In this document: positions 53,771-64,000 of the stretch, piece after piece
Numbering within the stretch: the stretch's first letter is position 1
How the letters are laid out: the number at the start of each line of letters is the position of its first letter
From: Callorhinchus milii
Taxonomy: Eukaryota
Direction: 5' to 3'
Length of the DNA: 64,000 nt
NCBI RefSeq assembly: GCF_018977255.1
Contig: NW_024704742.1
Span: 97,466,001 to 97,530,000 of the forward strand
Position numbers and translations under genes: made by a program
Notes under the pieces: generated by a model
The model's input: only the letters and a program-made list of their open reading frames with translations
Databases searched by the model: none
Told to the model about the DNA's origin: nothing

Positions 53771-55062
53771 AATAGACTTGTGGGCAAGATACTCCCCTCC
53801 CCCCCCACCACCCCCCCACCCCACAGGCAAACTTGACTCCTTTTCCAGCTATATTGCTCCATACATACTCAGAATGATAATTTTATAATAACTCATTTTA
53901 TTTCTTCAGGGGCAATGGTGGTTGCAATTACTGTTCCTGATGCAGGATTCCAGTCTATTGGAACCTTCTAAGTGTTCGGATTCTTTATAATATTATTACT
54001 ATTATATTTGTCAGTACTTCACAAACATTTCTGTGTCTCTAAATACTAATCTTTTTCCTGTCTCTCTATGTACTACCTACCCTGACAGTTGATCTGTCCT
54101 GGGAGTTTTATTGGTTTTCAGTCTCTTGAGCCTATCTGGAAACACATATTGCCTGCAAGATCTGTTGATCAGAGTATTGTCCTTGGTTGTAGAGGAGTTT
54201 AGGGTTTTAAGAGAAAATGGCAAGAGAACTATGGAATAATTGCAACAACTAAAATGATTAAGAAAATAAATTGCAATTAATTTTAATGGCTTCAGTGCTG
54301 AGTTGTAAACACTTTGGTAATAACGTCAGCACAGTTAACAGCAGCACACATAAACAATCAATATTGTGTATTTTCCATTCAAAATAATGCTATTGATCTT
54401 TGCCTCATGGTATAAATTTCATTGAAACAATTTCCTCCTAGCATCTATGTCCTGAACATCCTGGTATCTTTTTGCATTTTTATTACAGGCTTGCTTTTGG
54501 GGGGAAAAAATTCTTGTTCACATCTAATGCCTGCTTTACATTACAGCGTTGCTCTAGGCCTGGCTTCAACAATAGCGCTATAATGTACAGCAGATATTGA
54601 AAATGCAGTGCTGTAATATACAATGGCATTTTAAAGAAAATTCAAGAGACATTTGATAAAGTTCTTCAGAGCTTTAAAGTCTTACGATTTAAAATTGAGC
54701 AAAATTATGGAAAATTCTTAAATCCAGCCTTTAAAAAAAACAATTGAGAAAAAACAGTTTCCACACTGACTGAATTTTTAGGGTCTGCAATTTCATCCAG
54801 TCTTAGCTCACTTTGTCCTAGAATTTAAGGTGATACAAAATTGCAGAATTTTAAAATTCAGTCTTCATTGGGAAAGCCATTCTATTTTCCAACTTTTTGT
54901 GCCTAACCATTCATCAGAACAGCTTCCTTCTCTGCTGAAGCTTTAGGCTGGGTTTATATGATGGTTCCATTGGCACCAATATTTCTGGCTCCATGAGCAG
55001 ACTCAAAGTACATAGAAATATTCAAAATAGTCCCACTTTGAGACTGTGCCAGTGGAACTAGA

Positions 55063-55430
55063 TAATAATAATAATAATCCTTGCATTTGATATAGAGCCT
55101 GTTCACGTTGTCAAGATGTCTCAAAGTACTTCACAGGATATACTGTAAAGTGGATTGGCTTTGTATCTTTTGGGAGAAATACTGCAGCGAGTTGCTCACA
55201 GTAATGTCTCACAAATAGCCATGGAGTGAGTGACCAATTTTGTTTGGGGGATTTCTTGGCCAGAACACTGGGAGAAACTCACTTCTCTTTTCAAGTCATG
55301 CCATGGAATCTTTATCAACCACCTGAACAGATAGGTGTAGCCTCAGTTTAACATCTCATCTGAAGGACTGCACCTCCAACAATGCAACATCCCTCTTGCA
55401 CCACATTGGAGTGTCAGCTTACCTCAGACT
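55063..55430 (-). mobile_element. Deu-type SINE
   Basis: (AAT)n tail; ttggccagaacactgggagaaactc core. Confidence 0.78.
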
Positions 55431-55752
55431 ATGTGGTTCCAATTAATTGTGGGCTCATGCATTAATATTTAGACTGATGGCAGGTCTAGATGGGCCAACA
55501 GATCTGAGTGTTTACATCTCACTTGTTGTGACCCTGAAACAATTATATAGCAGAAGTAAAGCTGCTGAAGCATAATATCAATCCAAAACTACTAAAATAA
55601 TATTAAAAACACAAATCAGAAATGTTCAATTGAAATCTCCAAGTTTAGGGGGCATATATATGTTGAACTCTGTCTAGTTTGAATACTCTTAAGCATTGTG
55701 ACGAGTTTCTGCATGTGTCAGACACCCAGTTAACCAAAACCATCCCATCTTA

Positions 55753-56045
55753 GGAGTCTTGTAGCTCAGTGGTTGGAGCACTCACCTCGCAAATGAGAGA
55801 CCTGGGTTCAATTCCAAGCAGGGCGAAACCTTGGGCAAGTTTCCTTATGCCACACTCCTGATAATATTCCCTCAAGAAAAAAAAACAATATTAATTTGGT
55901 CACTCAGTCCATGACTGTTTGTGAGACACTGCTGTGCACAATTGACTGTCGCGTTTCGCCCACAAAATATACAGTCAATACAATTTACAGTATATTCTGT
56001 GAAGCGCTTTGAGACATCTATAAGATGTGAAAAGGATTATTATTA
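55753..56045 (+). mobile_element. tRNA-Ala-derived SINE (diverged)
   Basis: gtagctcagtggttggagcactc...gggttcaattcc head and shared tail. Confidence 0.82.
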
Positions 56046-58281
56046 CGATTCTATTCTTGTTTGCCCTTTTTTTCTTCTATTTTCTCCTTGTTTATTACCA
56101 CTCTACTTTTACTTCAAAACAACAGCTTGCATTTGAATAGGACTCTTCGCATAGAGTACAAGTACGGTGCCAAACATTTTACTTTTACTTATTTCGACCT
56201 TTTTCTCACCTAGCTTTCTCTCTCTTTAAATATCATTTGTTTTTTCTTGTTTTCTTTGCAGTTTGAAATCTGTTACCTTTCTTCTGACTTTCTGCTCTGA
56301 CCAAGTATTGAGCAGACGTGTTTTACTGCCATAAAATCAGTTTTGAAGACTCTTTGCAGCCAACAAAAGGTCCATACTCTTAAGATTGCCATTAACATCA
56401 TAGATTCAGCTCATGGAACTAAGTGGTATCCAAATTTTAATCTTAGGACCTCCTTCCCTACTTCCACTAAGTGCCCTTGACAAACTCTGGCAGCCAGAAT
56501 TGGTGTAATTTAATTAATAAATATGTTATGAATGCAAAAGTTATATAACACAATTACTGAGTGCATTTCAGGACAACTTAACGTATCAATTGGCAACCTT
56601 AAAGGAATCAATGAATAATAAATGCATGAATAAATAAATAAATGATTGAATCGCTGGCTGAATAGATCAATTAATAATCAGTTCACAATAATTGTCTGGT
56701 TGAATAGAAGAATAAATTCATGAACAACTCCCCTGAGTATTCAATCAGTTTCCTGACTGGAATAAATTAATAGATAAGTATTTAACAAACATGCAAGGAC
56801 ACTTGATTCACTAAGTGGAGCAGGGAAATCGATTCAATAAAAAAATGAGTTCTTTAAAATAACGAAACAGTTGCTTAACTTAATCAATTAAATATTTATT
56901 TTACTGAGTGGAATAATTTAAACACCTGATTGTTTTAAACCGGTGATTATCAGAATTGGCTATCTGAATATAATTCTTCTTTCTTATTGGGACCTCTGAC
57001 TACTACATCTGTCTTTGGCCTTTGATCCTGGCTAATTGCTGCAGCTCACTGGTATCCTGGTCACAGTCTCTCCTAATCCAAGTCCAGGAACATCTAGTCA
57101 GGCAGCTTTTCCCAGCCTGTTGCTTTCCTACCTGTGGTGCTGTATGTGGGCAGTTGTAATACAACTGAGTTCCCTTGTGAACCTCGGATCGGCCAGTAAA
57201 GATTAATGTTCCAAAGGTCGGTGCTAAGTGGGGATACTCCATTTCTCCTGATCCCATAAATCCTAACAGCTAACTACAATTATAACTTCGTGGAATCATA
57301 GAATGTTCCAGTCCATTTGGCTCATTAAATCTGTACCGCACACGACTCGCCTGATCTGATTTCTGCTCGATTCCCACACCCTGTAAAATTGCTCTTTTTC
57401 CAACATCTATCAAATTTGTTTCCAAAATAATTCACAAACTCTGTTTCAATAACAATCTGTGACTAAGAATTCCACATTTCAGTCACCCTCTCTGAAATGT
57501 TTTTTTCTAACCTCTTTAAGTAGTGGTAGATAAATGACACTGAGAGATTTAATAAATTTGACCAAAGGCGTGGTTGAGGAGAGATGTTTTTGGACGTTTT
57601 CAAATGTAGGGTGAGAGGTAATAAAGCAAAATGGTTTTGAAAACTGATTCTGTTGAACAACTGAAACTTTTCCTGTCATAAAGATTTAGTAGACAACAAC
57701 TCTGTTTCGCCCATACAATATACAGCCAATTCACTTCACAGTATATTCTGTGAAGCACTTTGAGACGTCCCGAAGATGTGATAAGGCGCTATATCAAATG
57801 CAAGGATTATTATAATTAATAATATCCCAAATAAAATTGGTCATTTGTTTTATGGGACGTTGTGTGCAATTGTGGTGCTGTTTTTGCCTACAAATACACA
57901 GTCATTCCATTTCACAGTAAATCCTGTGAAGCGCTTTGAGACATCTTTCCAACTTGATAAGGCACTGTACCAAATACAAGAATTATTATTAATGATGATT
58001 TTACTGATATGCTTGCTCTCCAGCACTAATAGTACAGACACACTTGCATCCGAACACTGTTAATACAGAATAGTGGATGTCTCCTAATCTAGTGAAACAT
58101 TCTGCAACTACTTAATGTGTAAGACTACAGAATCTGTGTTTAAGCAGGTAGCTACTGTAGGTTTTGTAAATAGGTTTATTCACTGCCAAGGATGTCTGAA
58201 AGGTGATTTCACCTGACTGACTATCTTTTGTGACTGAGTTTTGCTGATTCCTAACTGCTTTAATAACTTGTTTCCTACAAG

Positions 58282-58317
58282 GTATGAAGAGAGAAAGTGT
58301 CTAAAAAGAAACACAAG
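58282..58317 (+). CDS. PRUNE2: 36-nt cassette exon (YEERKCLKRNTR)
   Basis: tttcctacaAG|g...ag|GTaaat; phase 2-2, in frame with the previous exon. Resembles the short basic YEE/YDEE cassette I recall in BNIP2/PRUNE2 isoforms. Confidence 0.75.
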
Positions 58318-58819
58318 GTAAATAACGGTATTTCAAACCATGTTGCTGGTCTTTCCTCTACAGATAACTAACCCTTTCGCTGACCTTAATAGTAACCACA
58401 GGAACTATATTTGCTTTTATTGGCTGTTTTTTCCCTTTGTTGATTCAGGGCTGTTGAGGTCAACCTTTTTAATCTAGCATTAAATCGCGGCACGTTATCG
58501 TTTTCTAACCGAGAAAGAATGTCCTTTGCTTTTGCCAGGTTACATCATGCTGAAAATTAACAATGTATGAAAAGGCCGCAGTGCTTTTCAGCTTTCTATA
58601 ACAAGCATGCGGTTCCTGAAAAATTGCCTTGCTTAGTGCTGTTCTTAAGACATTTGTTTTTTCTGCACACAGAATATTGGGGGTCCATTTTGCTACCTTC
58701 GTTCTGCTTTATGGAGGCATCATTGCAGTTAAATGAATTTATAAAGCAGTGCATTAAATTCCTGGCAGGTTTTTATGGTGCAGAAGTGGTACCGGTGTCC
58801 AGTAATTCTCCGAATTAAA

Positions 58820-61800
58820 GGAGCAGAGAGCCCAATGGATTGAGTTGTGAATGGAGTAAGGTGGGAACACAGTGAATCTTTAGTGAAGGAATTTGGTGAG
58901 AGCGGGGATTCAGTACAGAGGATGAAGGAGGTGCTTATACAACAACAACAACTTGGATTTATATAGCCCCCTCCATGCCGGACAGCGTCTCAGAGCGCTT
59001 TACAGTAACGGATCCCGAGCCAGGGGAAGGGGGAGGAAGGTGACCAAAGGAGTGGTTGAAGAGAAAGGTCTTCAGCAGGGATCTGAAAATAGGAAGAGGG
59101 GGAGTGAGATGAAGGGAGTGAGGAAGGGAATTCCAGAGCCTCGGGGCATAATGGCTGAAGGCACGGCCGCCGAGGGTGGAGCGGAGGATTCGGGGGACGA
59201 GGAGGAGGCCAGACCCGGAGGAACAGAGGCAATGGGTACTGTTTTGAGGAGAGAGGAGGTCAGAGAGGTAGGGGGGTGCAGAGGAGTGGAGGGATTTGAA
59301 TACACGGTGAGGATCTTGAAGTCGATCCTCTCTGGGATAGGCAGCCAGTGCAGTCTGGCAAGGCTTATATAAAAATAAGCAGAAAAATAGAAATAGGAAT
59401 CAATAGGAATTAATAAGAAGCAGCTGAGAAAACTTAGCCAGCTCTGTTTAAAGTAAACTTCAATGAAAATGGAATACTTTATGCAGAAGTTGTGAGATGT
59501 TTGCCTTCCGGGCCCAGGTTGTGGAGGGATTCATTTGTAACAACTGCAAACTGGTCGATGCACTCAAGGTTGAAGTGGTCAGTCTTTGATGAGTGGCCAG
59601 TAGCTCACTAAGTATTAGGGAGGATGGGATTTTTATAAATGAGGTATTAGAGGAGACCACACAGAGTAAGGGGGCAGAATAGGAGAGGAGTCCCTGTAAC
59701 CTAGAAGAGGTGGGGGGTTCTCTGTTAGAAAATGCTCCGGAAGTTGTGATCAGGCATTAAGGCAGGAAAAGGCATCTCTGGTGCTCTCAAACAGTTTCTC
59801 TCCTCTGGAGAGAGATGATGTGGAAACCCAAGGGCTGGCTGAGACGGGCAAGGTTATGCCATATCCCAAGAGCATCCAGCAGCCTATCAGAGAAGGAAGG
59901 GAAAAGAGAAAGAAAATCAGACAAGTCATGTTGTTAGGGAATTCGATTATTCGGACACAATTCTGTGCAAACCAAACCCAGAAAATCAAATGGTAAGTTG
60001 CCTCCTATGTGCACCGGTTGAGGATCTGACGTCCCAGGTTGACAAAATGCTCGAGGGAGCAGGTGAGGAACCAATTGCGGTTGTTCATGTGGGAAGAAAT
60101 TACGTAGATATAAGTAGACCAGAAATCGTACATGCTAAATTCAAGGCAATAGGAAGGAAGCTTATGGGAAAGACCTCAAATGCAGTTTTTTCGGAAGTAC
60201 TCCCCATACCACGTGCTAGTGAGGAGAGACAGAGGGTAATATGGAAGACCAATGCATGGCTAAGACATTGTTGTAGGGAATCAGGTTTTAGGTTCATCAG
60301 ATAGTGATGCATTTTTGGAATAGGGTGCACCTCTACAGAGCAGATGGTCTCCATCTGAACAAAAGGTGGGTGGAGGTGTTGGCAGGCAGGATAGATAGTA
60401 TGGTAAGGAAGTGTTTAAACTAGATACAGAGTGTGGTAGGTGTAACTGATTAGGCACCCAAACTGATTAGGGGAAACCTTGAAGTATACCAGTGGAAACA
60501 TACACCAAAATATAATATTGGTGGGAGATAAGGAAAATAATTATGTTAATAACATACAATAGAGTTGTGCTTGCATTAATGCCAACAAGATGTGTGACCT
60601 GGAAGGTCTTGCAAGGGGCGACAGATTGGATATCAATAGCATCACAGAGTCATGGTGGAATGATTCCAATCAATGGGATACAAGTCTGGAAGGATTCACA
60701 CTGTTTAGGAGGGACTGTATCAGGAGAAGAGGAGCTGTTGTGGCAGTATATATGAACTGCAGTATTGAGGCACAAATGAGAGTATATAAAAAAAGGAAGG
60801 GCAGCCACAAAATCAGTTTGGGTAGAATTAATAAATGGCAACAGAGGTAAACTATTATTGGAAGTTTGCTATAGACCACCAGGCCAAGGTGATAACTTTG
60901 ATTTGTAATTGTGGGATGAGGTAAGGAAGGCGACTAGCAAGGGTTCAACCATAGTAGTTGGATATTTTAACTTATCACAAATTGATTGGGATAAAAATGT
61001 GTTTACTGGTAAGATACGGAAGGATTTTTAGAGTTAAAGGAGGAGTTTTTTATAACTCAATTTATAAAGGAGCCAACAAGAGGCAATAAAATTTTGGATT
61101 TGGTTATGAGTAACAGGGATGATCAAATCTCCAACACAAAGGTGAGTGTGGGTTTAAGCAACAATGGTCATACTGTTATCACATTTATTACATGGATTAG
61201 TGAGGTTATAAAAACAGAAACAAAATTTTAAGAAGATCAATTTTATGTGATTGAGACGTCTTGTCAGAGTGGGCCTGGCAGGCTTAAACATGACTAAGGG
61301 AGCAGAGGAACTATGGAGTTCATTCAGTGGGTGAATTTGGAATGCACTGGACCAATGCGTACCCATGCAAAGCAAAGGTACCAAGCTTAAGGGTATTCCT
61401 GCCTGGTTGGAAGGGGCCACAAAACAACTTATAAAAGAGGAAAAAAAGGCATTTAACGCCTTGAAAGGAAATGGCATAGAGGAAAGACAGACTCATTACC
61501 AGAAGGCATGCCAGGATTGTGACAAAGGTATCAGAATGCCAAAGAAAACTTTTGAAATGAACATGGCAAGAGACGTGAAGGCTAACAATAAAACGTTTTT
61601 CAGAGATTAAGGGAAAAGAAAAAACGAATGATGGAATAGGGCCATTGAAGGTGGGATCAGGTGAGGATATGGCAAATGATGCTACACCAGCTGCCGAAGT
61701 ACTAAATCCGTTTTTTGCCTCAGTTTTTAGAAAAGAGGAGATGTGAAATGTATTGGATCTGGAAAGAGAATTCAGTGATGTTGCAGAGGCAAGTTGTGAC

Positions 61801-62300
61801 ACTATACATATCACTACCAGGATGGTTGCTGAACAACTTTGTAAACTTAAGGCAAACAAATCCAGATGTTACTCCATTTTTTTTAAAAAAAAGGTAGCCA
61901 AAGTTTCCCAGGAAACTACAGACCAGTGAGTTTGACATCCATTGTGAGTAAAGTTAGGGAGACTCTTATTAAAAAAATAAGATCATGGAGCATCTGGATA
62001 ATAATGAAATAATAAAAGATAGCCAATATAGGTTTACGAAGGGGAAATCCTGCCAAACTAATTTACTGTTTTTCTTTGATTGTATGACAAAGGAGCCTGA
62101 TAAGGGTAAGGCAGTGGATGTTGTAAGGCCTTTGATACAGTTCTTCATGAAAGGCTGGTATGGAAAATAAAGAAAGTGGGAATCAGAGGAATTATCTTGC
62201 AATGGATACGTAATTGGCTGACCGATAAAACCCAGAAGGTGGTGGTATATGGAATGTCATCCGGCTGGTAAAATGCCACAGGGTTCTGCTTTGGGACCTC
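58820..62300 (+). mobile_element. Decayed near-full-length CR1: 5' UTR, ORF1 (zinc finger + SGNH esterase), ORF2 (endonuclease, partial RT)
   Basis: CRSC-x14-CNNC at 59482; LLGNSIIR, VVHVGRN and DGLHLN esterase motifs; ITESWW, YRPP, PTRGNKILDLV and KGKSCQTNLL motifs; many stops. Confidence 0.88.
58940..59362 (-). mobile_element. L2 3' fragment with 7-bp TSD inside the CR1 5' UTR
   Basis: gcttata duplicated at 58933 and 59363. Confidence 0.9.
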
Positions 62301-62394
62301 TGTGATTGTATTTTATAAAGATAATAAAGGCTCTGAAGGATAGAAACCCAAAATCTGGGAGTAGAGACATGAAGGGCACAATGTGAAATCTATA

Positions 62395-62476
62395 CAACAA
62401 CAACAACAACAAGATTCCATTTATAAAGCGCCTTTCACGTCAGGAGGACGTCCCAAGGCGCTGCACAGTTGGGTCA
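62395..62476 (-). mobile_element. Very short young L2 3' end
   Basis: Near-identical to the reverse complement of 46450-46535. Confidence 0.85.
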
Positions 62477-62907
62477 AAATACAAAATATTTTGAGCTTAT
62501 GGAATTCCTACTGATGACGAGACACAAAAAGTATTTGAAATGAAGTGTTGAAAACATGACTTGCAAGGCTGTTTAATGAAACAGGAGGTCGTGACAATTT
62601 GAACATTATGAAGCTACAGTCGTCTGCCAGATAGTGTATATTTTGCTCATAAAACATACAACTTTATTTGGCTAGATTGCTCCTAAAAATAATGTGCTCC
62701 ATATATTTCTATCTGATGCATCATCCAGTGGTGATAATTCATCTAGTTGCTTGAAGGCACTGGACAAGAATTGTTTTGAGTTAAATCATGAAGATATTGC
62801 ACCCAGTTACAGCAAGCAATTCATGCTTCTTGAGATTTTTGCATATATCAAGTCTACTAAGTACCTATGGTTCTGAAAAGAAACACCAATTAGAAAAACG
62901 ACACCCA

Positions 62908-63532
62908 ACAACAATAACAACTTGGATTTATAAAGCGCCCTCCACGCTGGACGGCGTCTCAGAGCACTTCACAGTAATAGATCCCAAGGCTGAGCCAGGG
63001 GGAGGGGGAGGAAGGTGACCAAAGGCGCGGTCAAAAAGAAAAGTCTTCAGCAGGGACCTGGAAATAGGAAGAGAGGGGGCGAGGTGAAGGGAATGAGGAA
63101 GGGAATTCCAGAGCTTCGGGGCATAGTGGCTGAAGGCACGGCCGCTGAGGGTGGAACAGAGGAATCGGGGAACAAGGAGGAGGCCAGACCCGGAGGAATG
63201 AAGGCAACGGGTGCAGTTTTGAGGAGAGAGGAGGTCAGAGAGGTAGGAGGGTGCAGAGGAATAGAGGGATTTGAATGCAAGAGTGAGGATCTTGAAGTCT
63301 ATCCTCTCTGGGATAGGCAGCCAGTGCAGTCTGGCACGGACTGAGGTGATCGGGGAGCGGAGTTTGGTGCGGTGAGAATGCGGGCGGCAGAGTTTTGAAT
63401 GATCTGGATTTTATGGATGGTAGTGGATGGGAGACCAGCGATGAGGGCGTTAGTATAGTCCAGCCGAGAGGTGACAAAGACACCAGGGTTTCAGCGGCTT
63501 TCGGAGAGAGGTATTGGCAGAGACGGGCAATG
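62908..63532 (-). mobile_element. L2 3' part
   Basis: Encodes [17 protein letters not shown]; same subfamily as 33925. Confidence 0.9.
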
Positions 63533-64000
63533 GTTAAGCTGAAGTCCACTCTTCCACCATATTCCTCTTGTCTACGGCACTTGGCTGCATAATATCTGCA
63601 CTTATATGGTCCAAAATTTCTCATGTACATTGGTCAAGATGATTGTCTCAAAATCTACAATCTTGTAGAATTTTGGGAAGTAGATTCAAATTGTCTCTCT
63701 TAATTTGGAAGCGAAATATTTGGAGTTCTTTTCAGTACTGAGATAAATGGGCCTCCAAATTAAGACTGAATTTAAGGTTTTTTCAAATTACCACAAGATC
63801 TTCAATGGACAGTGGTTCTAAGAACGTGAGAAGTTTTGATCCACTTGAGTGTTCACAACTGCTGTGCTGCACTTTAAAAATAGGTCATGTTATGATAAAT
63901 CTGTGCTCAAAGGGTGATGATAATGCAGAACTAGTAGATAATAATCGAGGATATCGATTATACAAGGTAGCTAAAAAGAGAAGATATGTTGCATTTTACT

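Noticed and set aside
58320..64000. Terminal coding exon of the gene
   Set aside because: No convincing in-frame exon found; it probably lies beyond the window.

Overview
Vertebrate genomic DNA. The CR1/L2 LINE and SINE repertoire suggests a cartilaginous fish (inference). The window carries eight + strand coding exons of a BCH/CRAL-TRIO-domain gene of the BNIP2/ATCAY/PRUNE2 family, best matching the 3' part of PRUNE2 (BMCC1). The exons are 11840-11919, 15961-16182, 31168-31344, 36659-36761, 47085-47216, 47859-47945, 51583-51681 and a 36-nt cassette at 58282-58317. All have AG/GT ends and compatible phases; the 5' exons and the terminal exon appear to lie outside the window. The introns are packed with L2 and CR1 LINEs, including a long L2 ORF2 copy and a decayed CR1 with a zinc-finger/SGNH-esterase ORF1. 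They also contain nested insertions with target-site duplications, tRNA-derived and Deu-type SINEs, and a Tc1/pogo-like MITE. Nearly all ORFs in the supplied track are repeat-derived or spurious. I see no firm evidence for a wholly new biological system. The most interesting leads are an in-frame alternative 5' splice site that would switch the kinesin-light-chain WED motif on or off, possible alternative first and terminal exons, inverted repeats bracketing exons, and a modular tRNA-Ala SINE. Repeat boundaries are read by eye and are approximate.
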